Positions 24,737 through 36,563 of a stretch of 64,000 nt of DNA are shown here, one piece after another. Source of the DNA: Alphaproteobacteria bacterium (GTDB lineage: Bacteria > Pseudomonadota > Alphaproteobacteria > UBA11136); the NCBI GenBank assembly GCA_016776635.1, contig JADHSZ010000007.1, positions 1,066-65,065 of the forward strand, written 5' to 3'. The notes beneath the pieces were generated by a model. The model was not told where the DNA came from. It worked only from the letters and a program-made list of their open reading frames with translations, and ran no database searches. The first letter of the stretch is position 1. The number at the start of each line of letters is the position of its first letter. Made by a program: the position numbers and the translations under genes.

Positions 24737-25473
24737 AGGGGGGTGAGATGAAGGCTCGACGTAATCCTTCATGGAGCCGTGATGAGTTGATCTTGGCGTT
24801 GGACCTCTACATGCAAAACCTAACAACTCCGCCACGTAAAACCAGCCGTGAAATACAAGAACTATCTGATTGCCTGAACCGTCTCGGAATTCAAATAGCG
24901 GGGCAATACGAGAAGTTCCGAAATTCGAACGGCGTCTACATGAAACTTATGAACTTCAGGCGGTTTGATCCTGCGTTCCAAGAAGCCGGTAAGGTTGGAC
25001 TTCAGCGCGGGGGCAAACTTGAAGAAACTATCTGGAATGAATTTTCAAGTGATCCTGTCCGTCTGAGGCAAGTCGCATCTGCAATCCGAACGGTGGTCAT
25101 TAACGGTTCTGTCCCAAACTATTCACCGGAAGAGGATGAGGATACTAGCGAGGCTTCTGAGGGACGTTTACTAACGCGATTACACCGAAGTCGTGAGCGA
25201 AGTCGGAAGCTGGTTGATCAGCGCAAATCGAAGACGTTTAAAGAAAAAGGGAAGCTGACATGCGAGGCATGCGGTTTTGACTTTGAGACAACATACGGCG
25301 AGCGTGGCAAGGGTTTCATCGAGTGCCACCATCTCAAGCCAGTCCACGAACTTGCTGAAGGATCAAGGACAAAACTGGAAGACCTCGCTCTACTCTGCTC
25401 GAACTGTCACCGAATGGTCCACTCCCAAAAACCTTGGCTCACTGTGGAAAAATTGAAGGATCTGATACGTTAG
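24733..25473 (+). CDS. McrA-type HNH endonuclease with an N-terminal recognition-type domain (possible modification-dependent restriction nuclease)
   Basis: HNH/zinc core CEACGFDF...IECHHLKPVHE...LALLCSNCHRMVH. N-terminus ..NPSWSRDELILALDLY....KFRNSNGVYMKLMNFRRFDP. The ATG at 24733 overlaps the SNase stop as ATGA; the ATG at 24748 is an alternative. Confidence 0.75.
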   Translation: MKGGEMKARRNPSWSRDELILALDLYMQNLTTPPRKTSREIQELSDCLNRLGIQIAGQYEKFRNSNGVYMKLMNFRRFDPAFQEAGKVGLQRGGKLEETIWNEFSSDPVRLRQVASAIRTVVINGSVPNYSPEEDEDTSEASEGRLLTRLHRSRERSRKLVDQRKSKTFKEKGKLTCEACGFDFETTYGERGKGFIECHHLKPVHELAEGSRTKLEDLALLCSNCHRMVHSQKPWLTVEKLKDLIR

Positions 25474-25487
25474 AGTTTAGGATAAAA

Positions 25488-25685
25488 TTGACCTCGAAAA
25501 TCGACATATACCGCACTGCCAACCTCTTCATCCAACAACACGGAGAGGAAGCCGCTATTCAGGCAGCTATGAAGGCGGATGAAATGCTTGCCAGGGGGGA
25601 TATGGATGGGAAGGCTGTATGGATGCGGGTGATAGAGGCGATAGAGGAATTATGGGATACAGAGTCGGAAGGAACGGTTCATTAG
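25488..25685 (+). CDS. Small conserved-looking hypothetical protein
   Basis: TSKIDIYRTANLFIQQHGEEAAIQAAMKADEMLARGDMDGKAVWMRVIEAIEELW. I prefer the TTG at 25488 (TAGGATAAAA upstream) to the track start 25434, which overlaps the HNH gene by 40 nt. Confidence 0.45.
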   Translation: MTSKIDIYRTANLFIQQHGEEAAIQAAMKADEMLARGDMDGKAVWMRVIEAIEELWDTESEGTVH

Positions 25686-26101
25686 GTTGGGAACTCACAA
25701 AACGCTAGAGCTAATCCTGATGTCCGCTTATGGCTAACAGCAGACGTTGGGTGAAGCCCGATCTGAATTAAGGCCAGAAGCAAACATATAACACCCCCGT
25801 TTTTAAATCGGCGGGGGGAGTGTTTAGACTTCAAATACCCCACCCCCATAGCATCAAGGGGGTTTCACCCCCTTAACAAACCCCCGACCAACGTTCCGTT
25901 GGATCACTAAAAACACTCGCCGTTGGGCAGACCGGAAAGACATTACTTTCCGGTTGTATTCAAGCGTGATGAAGTTGCCGCCGCCTCAAGGCCGCGCCGC
26001 ACCAGTAACCGTGCGCGGCCTTGACCCGGACGTCTGTGGTGAAAAATCGTCTGTAACCGTGGAGTTACGCTGAGATTCGCAGGGTAAATGCGCCCTACCC
26101 C

Positions 26102-26124
26102 GTGCTCCCTATGTGCTTCCTAGG
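26102..26124. repeat. Tandem 11-mers GTGCTCCCTAT + GTGCTTCCTAG, also present at the int end of the island (candidate arm-type recombinase sites)
   Basis: gtgctccctat (26102-26112) and gtgcttcctag (26113-26123). The same two 11-mers occur at 7447-7457 and 7457-7467 in swapped order. Confidence 0.45.
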
Positions 26125-26130
26125 TATATC

Positions 26131-26160
26131 AATGGCCTAGCGATTTCTCGCTAAGCCATT
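26131..26160 (-). other. 13-bp hairpin with a GAAA loop just 3' of tRNA-Lys (transcript end/processing or att-arm structure)
   Basis: On the minus-strand RNA, AAUGGCUUAGCGA-GAAA-UCGCUAGGCCAUU pairs fully (one G-U). On the plus strand the same position would be a C-A mismatch. No U tract follows. Confidence 0.3.
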
Positions 26161-26168
26161 GATTTTAA

Positions 26169-26244
<76 letters not shown>

Positions 26245-26261
26245 ACAGGGGAATGCCGGGC

Positions 26262-26289
26262 ATATAACACCGGCCCAGGGTTTTGTCGA
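26262..26289 (-). promoter_or_regulatory. Putative sigma70-type promoter of tRNA-Lys
   Basis: On the minus strand: TCGACA (26289-26284), a 16-nt spacer, TTATAT (26267-26262), ~18 nt before the tRNA 5' end. The 12-mer ttttgtcgagat containing the -35 is duplicated (26281-26292 and 26298-26309). Confidence 0.35.
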
Positions 26290-26316
26290 GATCAGGATTT
26301 TGTCGAGATTCCCCTT

Positions 26317-27471
26317 TTATTCCACCTGGCTGGCCCAGCGCCGGCCGATGCGCTGGTCGCGGTGCACATAGACCCCCATGATGATGCCAAACGAGAACAT
26401 GAGCGTCAGCATGGCCGTGCCGCCATAGGAGACCAGAGGCAGCGGCACCCCCACCACGGGAATCAGCCCTGTCACCATGGCGATATTGATGAAGAAATAG
26501 AGGAAAAAGGTTGTGGTCAGGCCCAGCGCCGCCAGCCGCCCAAAATGGCTGCGCGACTGCAGGGCAATGGCAAACCCGTAGACCACCAAAAGCAGATACA
26601 GTCCGATCAGGCCAAGCCCGCCCACCAGGCCAAATTCTTCCGCCAACATGGTGAAAATAAAGTCGGTCTGTTTTTCCGGCAGGAAATTAAGGTGGCTTTG
26701 CGACCCCTGAAGAAAGCCTTTGCCGAAAATTCCCCCCGACCCCAGCGCAATTTTCGACTGCATGATGTGATAGCCCGCGCCCAGAGGATCGGATTCGGGA
26801 TCGAGAAATACCAGAATGCGCTTTTTCTGGTAGCCATGAAGGAACTGCCATGCCACGGGAATCACCGCCAGCGCACCGAAGAAAAGAAAGGCGAATTTCC
26901 AGAGCCGCACCCCGGCCAAAAGAAACAGTGCGCCGCCGCCAAAAAGCAGCAGGATCGCCGTGCCCAGATCGGGCTGACGCAGCACCAGCCCCGCCGGCGC
27001 AAGGATCAGTGCCAGGGGCACCACAAGATAGGTGATCTTCCCCACATCCTCGGAATCAATACTGTGGAAATAGCGGGCCAGGGCGAGCACCAGGGTCACC
27101 TTCATGATCTCCGAGGGTTGCAGCTGAAACAGGCCAAGATCGAGCCACCGTTGCGCACCCATGCCGATGGTGCCCATTATCTCCACTGCGGCGAGAAGAA
27201 ACAGCGAGACAAAGTAGAAAACATAGGCGTAGCGCAGCCAGAACCGTATATCCACAACCGCCACGGAGAGCAGAATCACCATCCCCACGGCAAACCGGAT
27301 CGCCTGCCGTATGGCCCAGGGCTCCCAGCTGCCATTGGCCGCGGAATACAGCATGGCAAACCCCACCGCGGCCACAAGACACAACAACAGAATCATGGAC
27401 CAGCTCACCTGCCAGAATTTTTCCGACAGGCGCATTTCCGAAGGATCAGAACGCCGAACCGCCATGCTCAC
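26317..27471 (-). CDS. rodA: Peptidoglycan glycosyltransferase RodA (SEDS family)
   Basis: ~10-TM protein with ..GAQRWL.LG.FQLQPSE..K..LVLALA.. and C-terminal ..LPLVSYGGTAML... Position after mrdA. Starts at the GTG at 27471, or the ATG at 27465. Confidence 0.9.
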   Translation of the reverse strand: MSMAVRRSDPSEMRLSEKFWQVSWSMILLLCLVAAVGFAMLYSAANGSWEPWAIRQAIRFAVGMVILLSVAVVDIRFWLRYAYVFYFVSLFLLAAVEIMGTIGMGAQRWLDLGLFQLQPSEIMKVTLVLALARYFHSIDSEDVGKITYLVVPLALILAPAGLVLRQPDLGTAILLLFGGGALFLLAGVRLWKFAFLFFGALAVIPVAWQFLHGYQKKRILVFLDPESDPLGAGYHIMQSKIALGSGGIFGKGFLQGSQSHLNFLPEKQTDFIFTMLAEEFGLVGGLGLIGLYLLLVVYGFAIALQSRSHFGRLAALGLTTTFFLYFFINIAMVTGLIPVVGVPLPLVSYGGTAMLTLMFSFGIIMGVYVHRDQRIGRRWASQVE

Positions 27472-29349
27472 TCACCCATCCCGCCGCGCCGGTTCGTCCC
27501 CGGCTACGGCAGTTTGACCTTCCCCCCCGATCCGGCGCTGGGTCTCAAGAAGGATATCCCGGCCCACCGGAGCGGCCACTTTCGAACCGCCGCCGCCGTG
27601 CTCCACCACCACCGAAACCACAAAGCGTGGATTTTGATAAGGCGCGTAGCCGACGAACAACGCGTGGTCCCTTTCCTCCCAGGGCCGCTGCCGGTTTTTG
27701 AGAACACCCGATTCCCGCTCCCATTTGCTGATGCGCCGTACCTGCGCGGTACCCGTCTTGCCCCCCATCTCCTTCCCCTTTTCATTAATGCGGGCGCGGA
27801 AAGCCGTTCCCCGGGGGGTATTGGCCACCGCATCCATGCCTTTCTTGACAACCGCAAGAGAGGCCGAGGAAATACCAAGATCGGGAAAAGCGGGATCAGG
27901 ACGCCGCAGCGCGGATTCTCCGTCCACAAGGTCATGGGTTACGTGGGGCTCCACCGCGACCCCGCCATTGACGAGCCGGGCCGTCATGACCGCCAGTTGC
28001 AGAGGCGTGGAAAGCACGTATCCCTGGCCGATGCCGGCCAAAAGGGTTTCCCCCAACTGCCAGGACGATCCGATAACCGCCAGCTTCCAGTCACGGGTAG
28101 GTATCAGCCCGTCGCGTTCGGAGGGAATATCTATCCCCAGCTTGGTCCCCATCCCAAAGCGCCGTGCCATCTCGGAAATACGATCGATGCCGGTGCGCCG
28201 CGCCACCTCGTAGAAATAGACGTCACAGGACTGTTGCAGCGCCGACACCATGTCCACGGAGCCATGTCCTTTCTCCTTCCAGCAATGGAATCGGCTGTCG
28301 CCCAACTCCACATAGCCTTCGCAGAAAAACCTTTGATCGGGGGTGACGATCCCGCCTTCGAGAGCAGCCAGGGCGACCATCATCTTGAAGGTGGAGCCGG
28401 GTGCGTATTGCCCGGAAATGGACTTGTTGATAAGCGGGCTCCTTGAGTTGGAAACCAGATCGCGCCAGGTCTCTTCACTCAATCCCTTATTAAAAGCGTT
28501 GGGATCGAAACCGGGCGTGGAGACCAGAGCCAAAACTTCCCCACTCAGCGCATCCATGACCACGGCGGAGGCGGAGAGGCCCTCCAGCCGATGGACAATG
28601 TAATCCTGGAGTCCGGAATCGATGGTCAGAACAAGCTCTTGTCCCGACTGTCCCTCGTCGCGCTCCAGTTCTCTGATGACCCGGCCCAGGGCATCCACTT
28701 CGATATGGCTGCTTCCCGCCTTGCCCCGCAATGCAAGATCATAGGTTTTTTCCACACCGTTTTTGCCGATGCGGAACCCCGGCAACTCCAACAGGGGATC
28801 GGCGCCCTGCTCTTCCTCCGATACGGCGGCCACATAACCCAACACATGCCCCGCGGCCTCGGCAAAGGGGTAATAGCGGCTTTGTCCCACCTCGATGGAA
28901 ACCCCGGGCAGAGACGGCGCGTTGACCTCGATTCTGGCCACGTCATCCCAATCCAAATTCTCCTTGATGGTGACAGGAACGAAGCTGCGCTTGCGTCTGA
29001 TTTCACGCAGAATACGCCGCCGTTCGCGCTCGGAAATAGGCAGCACGTTTTCCAGCGAGGAAAGGGTCGCCCCAAGATCCGGCGTCAGTTCCGAAACAAG
29101 AACCGCGCGGTAATTAAGCTGGTTAAGGGCAATGGGCACACCGTGGCGGTCCACGATACGCCCCCGTGGCGGCGGCAACAGGCGCAGGCTGATACGGTTA
29201 TCTTCCGCCAGCATGGTGTAGCGGTCGGCTTCGGTTATCTGAAGATAATAGAGGCGCCCCACAAGGGCGGAGAACAGCAAGGCCTGTCCCCCTCCCAGCA
29301 ATGCCGCGCGACGCGAAAATCCCTTTACCCGGGCATGCTCACGCTGCAT
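27472..29349 (-). CDS. mrdA: Penicillin-binding protein 2 (elongasome transpeptidase)
   Basis: ..LRLLPPPRGRIVDRHG.., the transpeptidase motif PGSTFK, and a KTGTA box. The ATG at 29349 lies 1 nt after the mreD stop. The track start 29400 is TTG and overlaps mreD. Confidence 0.9.
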   Translation of the reverse strand: MQREHARVKGFSRRAALLGGGQALLFSALVGRLYYLQITEADRYTMLAEDNRISLRLLPPPRGRIVDRHGVPIALNQLNYRAVLVSELTPDLGATLSSLENVLPISERERRRILREIRRKRSFVPVTIKENLDWDDVARIEVNAPSLPGVSIEVGQSRYYPFAEAAGHVLGYVAAVSEEEQGADPLLELPGFRIGKNGVEKTYDLALRGKAGSSHIEVDALGRVIRELERDEGQSGQELVLTIDSGLQDYIVHRLEGLSASAVVMDALSGEVLALVSTPGFDPNAFNKGLSEETWRDLVSNSRSPLINKSISGQYAPGSTFKMMVALAALEGGIVTPDQRFFCEGYVELGDSRFHCWKEKGHGSVDMVSALQQSCDVYFYEVARRTGIDRISEMARRFGMGTKLGIDIPSERDGLIPTRDWKLAVIGSSWQLGETLLAGIGQGYVLSTPLQLAVMTARLVNGGVAVEPHVTHDLVDGESALRRPDPAFPDLGISSASLAVVKKGMDAVANTPRGTAFRARINEKGKEMGGKTGTAQVRRISKWERESGVLKNRQRPWEERDHALFVGYAPYQNPRFVVSVVVEHGGGGSKVAAPVGRDILLETQRRIGGEGQTAVAGDEPARRDG

Positions 29350-29350
29350 C

Positions 29351-29857
29351 TCATGACTGCCGCAGGAAGGCCTGCTGGGCGCGGAAGAAAAGCCACGCAA
29401 AACAGGGGAACAAAGAGAGGGTCAGGAAAACCTGGAAAGCCACCCCTGACGGGCTGATGAGTGTCATGCTCAACAGCGAAGTAATCTCCCAAACCAGGGC
29501 CTGGGAGCCGACGGCCACGAGCATGAATCCCCACCACATGACCACAAACGAATTACCGATGAAGAACCGCCGTCGGGAAACAACGGTCAAGCGAACCAAC
29601 AGGAAGACAAGGGCAAACGCCCCCAGCGGCGTACCGGAAAGAATATCCTGGAAAAGACCGGCGCCGAAAACCGCAACCGACGGCATCAGGTCGGGCCGGA
29701 AGATAGACCAGTAATAGACGGCCATAAGGGAAAGCACCGGCGATACCGCCCCGAAGGAGGGAATCTGCATGGGCAGGACACTGATCACCGCCAGAAGAAG
29801 AGTTATGGCCATGGGCGTAAGGCTGCGGGCCACAAGGTCAAGCCGGCTCCAGAGCAT
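29351..29857 (-). CDS. mreD: Rod shape-determining protein MreD
   Basis: 168-aa polytopic membrane protein between mreC and mrdA. Its start overlaps the mreC stop (TGATG). Confidence 0.8.
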   Translation of the reverse strand: MLWSRLDLVARSLTPMAITLLLAVISVLPMQIPSFGAVSPVLSLMAVYYWSIFRPDLMPSVAVFGAGLFQDILSGTPLGAFALVFLLVRLTVVSRRRFFIGNSFVVMWWGFMLVAVGSQALVWEITSLLSMTLISPSGVAFQVFLTLSLFPCFAWLFFRAQQAFLRQS

Positions 29858-30741
29858 CAGGGCTTAACCTCTCCCCCGCCGGAACCACGCGCCATGGGTA
29901 AAAAACCGTCGAGGCCAAATTCCACCGCCCGTACATATTCCATGCGGCTCATATCCACAAAAGGCTGGATGCGGATGTCGCCCTCGGCGACGGAAATCAC
30001 CTGGCCCACGGGAAGCCCCGGCGGAAAGGCCCCGCCATGTCCGGACGTCACGATGCGTTCGCCCACCGAGACCCTGGCAACCGAGGACAGATGAGCAAGC
30101 TGGGGCCGGTCGGAATTATCCCCGGCAAGGATGGCCCGGGACTGGGAGGTCTCGGTGACCACGGGAATGCGGGAGTTGATATCCGTAATCAGGAGAATGC
30201 GCGACGATCGCTGGCCGACGCCGCCAACCCGGCCCACAAGCCCGTCCCCGGTTACGGCGATCTGGCCTTCCCGGATTCCGTCACGGCTCCCTGAGTTAAT
30301 AAGCATACTGCGGGCAAAGGCTCCGCCGGAATCCGAAATCACCCGGGCCGAAATAAAGCTCAGCGCCGAAGACGGCACGAAGTTGAGTAGTTTCTGCAAT
30401 TCCCGGTTTTCCGTCTCCAGCTGAAGCGCCACGTTGCGCCAGCGCTTGAGACGGTTGTTTTGCTGCTTTAGGAGAGTATTTTCCCGATCGAGGGCGATCA
30501 GCCCCTGCACCCGGTCAACCGTCTGGGAAATGGTGGCCGCCGGACGGGACAGGGCATCGAGAATAGGCGCCACCGCATCAACGGCCGCGATGCGGGCCTG
30601 TTCCACGAAACGCACGTCGGCGCGGCCCACGACCATCAGGCCCAGCGCAGTCCCCACAAGGGCGAGAAAAGTAAAGCGCTGGACCAGCACCTTAAAAGGC
30701 GTGGTCAGACGTAATACGGAATTTGCCCGGCTCTTAAACAT
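29857..30741 (-). CDS. mreC: Rod shape-determining protein MreC
   Basis: N-terminal TM, a coiled-coil (..LLKQQNNRLKRWRNVALQLETENRELQKLL..), then beta-rich repeats ..GQIAVTGDGLVGRV.. ..GLPVGQV... Context mreB-mreC-mreD. Confidence 0.85.
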   Translation of the reverse strand: MFKSRANSVLRLTTPFKVLVQRFTFLALVGTALGLMVVGRADVRFVEQARIAAVDAVAPILDALSRPAATISQTVDRVQGLIALDRENTLLKQQNNRLKRWRNVALQLETENRELQKLLNFVPSSALSFISARVISDSGGAFARSMLINSGSRDGIREGQIAVTGDGLVGRVGGVGQRSSRILLITDINSRIPVVTETSQSRAILAGDNSDRPQLAHLSSVARVSVGERIVTSGHGGAFPPGLPVGQVISVAEGDIRIQPFVDMSRMEYVRAVEFGLDGFLPMARGSGGGEVKP

Positions 30742-30873
30742 TTCTTTTCCTCATGCCCGTGAAAGAGAGCGGAAAAGCGAGGCAGTGGATCGAAAGTCTA
30801 GCCTCTAAAGTATCTACCTATTCAATTATTATATAAAGAAATCAAGGAACAATGAAGAAATCCATGAAACAGG

Positions 30874-31941
<1,068 letters not shown>

Positions 31942-31983
31942 TCACAAGTAAGTTTCCCACAAGGCCATTCCTGCCCCGCGGAT

Positions 31984-33537
31984 TCAAGCGGAAAGCGCCG
32001 CCGGGGCGGACTTTTCACGTTTAACGATGAGTTTGTTGAGGGCCTTCACATAGGCCCGCGCCGAGGCCACCATGGTGTCCACGTCGGCGCCCTGGCCGTT
32101 AACCGATTTGCCGTTTTCTTCCAACCGCACCGTCACCTCGGCCTGGGCGTCGGTGCCCTTGGTCACGGCATGCACCTGATAGAGCTGCAGCGTGGCCTCA
32201 TGGGGAAACAGCTCGCGGATGGCCCGGAAGGTGGCGTCCACGGGGCCATCACCGGTGGCCTCGGCGGCTTTAACCTGGCCGTCGATTTCCAGCTCCATGG
32301 TCGCCTTCTGGGGGCCGGTTGAGCCACAGATAACCTGCAACGAGACGAGCTTGATGCGCTGGTCGCCGCTCGCCACCTGGTCGTCCACCAGGGCGATGAT
32401 GTCTTCCTCGAAGATGTCCTTTTTGCGGTCGGCCAGTTCCTTAAAGCGGGCGAAAATCTCCTGCACGGCGTTATCACCCAGGTCGAAGCCCATTTCCTTG
32501 AGCTTCTCGATGAAGGCGTGGCGTCCCGAATGCTTGCCCAGGACCAGCTTCGACTGGGTCAGGCCCACCGATTCTGGGGTCATGATTTCATAGGTGCCGG
32601 CATGTTTGAGCATACCGTCCTGATGAATCCCGGCCTCATGGGCAAAGGCGTTGGCGCCGACGATGGCCTTGTTGGGCTGGACCACGAAACCGGTAATGGT
32701 GGACACCAGATGGGAGGCCCGCGTGATCAACTCGGTGTTAACGCCGGTAGTCAGGGGCAGGATGTCACTGCGGGTGCGCAGGGCCATGACGATCTCTTCC
32801 ATGGCCGCGTTTCCGGCGCGCTCGCCGAGCCCGTTTATGGTGCATTCCACCTGGCGGGCGCCGACGTCCACGGCGGCCAGGGAATTGGCCACCGCCAGCC
32901 CCAGATCGTTGTGGCAGTGCACGGAAATAACCGCCTTGTCTATGTTGGGCACGCGCTCGAACAGCATGGAGATGAGCGCGCTGAATTCCATGGGCAGGGT
33001 ATAGCCCACCGTATCGGGGATGTTGATGGTGCCGGCCCCGGCATCAATGGCCGATTCGATACAGCGGCACAGGAAGTCGTGATCGGAGCGGGTGGCGTCC
33101 TCGCACGACCATTCCACGTTATCGGTAAAGCTGCGGGCATAGGTGACGCTGTCGATGACCGCCTGATGCACGTCGTCGGGCTCCATCTTCAGCTTGTGCT
33201 TCATATGCAGCGGGCTGGTGGAGATAAAGGTGTGGATGCGCCTGTTATCGGAGGGTTTCAGGGCTTCCGCCGCGCGCTCGATATCGCCGCGGGTGGCCCG
33301 CGCCAACCCACAGACGGTAGTATTTTTCAGTTGTTTGGCGATGCTCTGCACGGCCTCGAAATCGCCCTTGGAGGCGAACGGAAACCCGGCCTCGATCACG
33401 TCCACGCCCAGTTCCTCGAGCATGGCGGCGATGCGCAGTTTTTCCTCCAGAGTCATGGAGGCGCCCGGCGATTGTTCGCCGTCGCGTAAGGTGGTGTCGA
33501 ATATGACGACCCTGTTCTTATCCGGTTTTGCATTCAT
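31984..33537 (-). CDS. leuA: 2-isopropylmalate synthase
   Basis: MNAKPDKNRVVIFDTTLRDGEQSPGASM.., ..HCHNDLGLAVANSLAA.., and a C-terminal LeuA dimerisation/regulatory domain. Start moved to the ATG at 33537. Confidence 0.92.
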   Translation of the reverse strand: MNAKPDKNRVVIFDTTLRDGEQSPGASMTLEEKLRIAAMLEELGVDVIEAGFPFASKGDFEAVQSIAKQLKNTTVCGLARATRGDIERAAEALKPSDNRRIHTFISTSPLHMKHKLKMEPDDVHQAVIDSVTYARSFTDNVEWSCEDATRSDHDFLCRCIESAIDAGAGTINIPDTVGYTLPMEFSALISMLFERVPNIDKAVISVHCHNDLGLAVANSLAAVDVGARQVECTINGLGERAGNAAMEEIVMALRTRSDILPLTTGVNTELITRASHLVSTITGFVVQPNKAIVGANAFAHEAGIHQDGMLKHAGTYEIMTPESVGLTQSKLVLGKHSGRHAFIEKLKEMGFDLGDNAVQEIFARFKELADRKKDIFEEDIIALVDDQVASGDQRIKLVSLQVICGSTGPQKATMELEIDGQVKAAEATGDGPVDATFRAIRELFPHEATLQLYQVHAVTKGTDAQAEVTVRLEENGKSVNGQGADVDTMVASARAYVKALNKLIVKREKSAPAALSA

Positions 33538-34147
33538 GGCTAAAATCCTTTGCAAATGACGAGATTTGAAAGCTGCTTGACGATTCACCCCTGAACGGCT
33601 GCGCACGCCCTAACGGCGGCAGAGCTCAGGGGCGAATAAGTCGAAGCGACTCGTCATTGCAAGGCAGGGCGGGGCAAGACTGTGGGGCAACAGCACAGGC
33701 AAAGGCGCCGCCACGGCGGGTCGCCGGGGGGGTGCCTTTTCCTCTCGGAACAAAGGGGATCGGACTGGCCGATTTCCCATATGTGATCAACTGTTCCACG
33801 GTTTACTTCGCCCAAATTACAAGGACACGTACAAACACTGCACAATTAAGGTTAACAAGGAATGAATGCCAAGGCGCACCGTCCCTTGCAGGGGGGTATA
33901 ACTACGGCTTTTTACCCGGATTCCGCAATCCTTTTATGGGGCTTTAGCGTCTCCCGGTACTTTTTTGCCGCCAGCCTGTGCATGAGGTCCGGTCGGAGTT
34001 CCGATCCCGCATCGCGGAGCGCAATCTCCCATCGTTCTGACTAAACATACTGCCACCCGGACTTGAAGGCAGTGGCGGTGTGTGAAACCATGGCAATCAA
34101 AGCGCACGAAATCATGAGGCTGGCGCGCCTATAAACGGGAGAGACTG

Positions 34148-34888
34148 ATGGTATCTCACCGTATTTCCTTGCTCCCTGCACTGTTGCTCATGGCCCTGTG
34201 GACGGGGCCGGTTCACGCCGGTCTCGAAGAGGCGGCCGCCGCTTACTATCGTGGCGATTACGCCGTTGCCCTGGAGGGAATTCTCCCCGCGGCCAAAGAG
34301 GGCGACTTGGAGGCCCAGGCCATCCTCGGCCTCATGTACGACAGAGGCCAGGGTGTCGCCAGGGACGACGCACAGGCTGTCTTCTGGTACCGCAAAGCCG
34401 CTACGCAGGGACATGCGGGAGCCCAGAACGCTCTCGGCCTCAAATACACCAATGGCGAGGGGGTGGCCAAGGATGACGCCAAGGCCGTGACACTGTTCCG
34501 CAAAGCCGCCGAACAGGAATATGCCGTGGCTCAGTATTCTCTTGGCTACGTCTACGAACATGGCCGGGGGGTCGCCAAGGACGAGGCGCAGGCTGTGCTT
34601 TGGTACCGTAAGGGCGCGCAGCAGGAAAATGTTCAGGCCATCGTCGCACTCGGCTATATGTATGCCGTTGGCCGGGGCGTGGCCAAGGACTATGCCCAGG
34701 CTGTCTTTTGGTACCGCAAGGGCGTGGAGTTAGGGGACACGTCGGCCATGGTCGCCCTCGGCAGCATGTATGAAGATGGCCTGGGGGTGGCCAAGGACGA
34801 AGAGAAAGCCATTGACCTGTATTTCAGAGCCGCCGAACTGGGAGATCTCTTCGCCCAGGACATCCTGGAATACGAATTCGGATACTGA
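34148..34888 (+). CDS. Secreted Sel1-like repeat (SLR) protein
   Basis: Signal peptide followed by about six repeats of ..A..WYRKAA.QG.A.AQ..LG.MY..G.GV.KD... Confidence 0.85.
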   Translation: MVSHRISLLPALLLMALWTGPVHAGLEEAAAAYYRGDYAVALEGILPAAKEGDLEAQAILGLMYDRGQGVARDDAQAVFWYRKAATQGHAGAQNALGLKYTNGEGVAKDDAKAVTLFRKAAEQEYAVAQYSLGYVYEHGRGVAKDEAQAVLWYRKGAQQENVQAIVALGYMYAVGRGVAKDYAQAVFWYRKGVELGDTSAMVALGSMYEDGLGVAKDEEKAIDLYFRAAELGDLFAQDILEYEFGY

Positions 34889-34914
34889 CGTCCCCTTCGG
34901 GAACCACCATTGCC

Positions 34915-35946
<1,032 letters not shown>

Positions 35947-36015
35947 TCACATCCAATTCCATTTCGCCCGCCCGCGGCTCCGGCGGCGGCGAGTCGTTAC
36001 TTCAGGGGGTGGTTA

Positions 36016-36531
36016 TTACAGGGGCTCCGTGCCGCGTGCAATAGCCACCACGCCGGTGCGGCAGGCATCCACGAGGCCCAGAGGAGTCATGAGATCGATA
36101 AAGGCGTCAATCTTGTCGCTGGAGCCCGTCATCTCGAAAACAAAAGAGCGGATGGTGCTGTCCACCACGCGGGCGCGGAAGATATCGGCAATACGCAGGG
36201 CTTCCACACGTTTCTCGCCGCCACCCTTGACCTTCACCAGGGCCAGTTCACGCTCCACGCTGGAGCCTTCCAGGGTGAGATCGGCGACCCGGTGCACCGG
36301 CACCAGCCGTTCAAGCTGGGCCTTGATCTGTTCGATGATCATGGCCGTTCCCGAGGTGACGATGGTAATACGCGAGATAATCTCCACCGGGTCCACCTCG
36401 GACACGGTCAGGCTCTCGATATTATAGCCACGCCCTGAAAACAGACCCACCACACGGGCGAGAACACCGGGCTCGTTGTCCACGAGTACGGCGATGACGT
36501 GTTTGTTGATGTCTTCTTCCGTTTCAGCCAC
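36016..36531 (-). CDS. ilvN: Acetolactate synthase small (regulatory) subunit
   Basis: ACT domain start HVIAVLVDNEPGVLARVVGLFSGRGYNIESLTV. Lies downstream of the large subunit. Confidence 0.9.
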   Translation of the reverse strand: MAETEEDINKHVIAVLVDNEPGVLARVVGLFSGRGYNIESLTVSEVDPVEIISRITIVTSGTAMIIEQIKAQLERLVPVHRVADLTLEGSSVERELALVKVKGGGEKRVEALRIADIFRARVVDSTIRSFVFEMTGSSDKIDAFIDLMTPLGLVDACRTGVVAIARGTEPL

Positions 36532-36563
36532 TTGCTTACGCTCCGTTTAATCAGGTTTTCGCT

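Noticed and set aside
26362-28446. 694-aa plus-strand ORF, the longest 'gene' in this region
   Set aside because: It is antisense to rodA and mrdA, which have unmistakable family motifs. Its translation is His/Arg/Pro/Gly/Gln-rich low-complexity sequence, typical of shadow ORFs in high-GC DNA.
33538-34147. The 610-bp region upstream of leuA, examined for a leader peptide, attenuator, riboswitch or small RNA
   Set aside because: I found only short, unconvincing inverted repeats (for example cccctga/tcagggg). There is no Leu-rich leader ORF and nothing else I could support.
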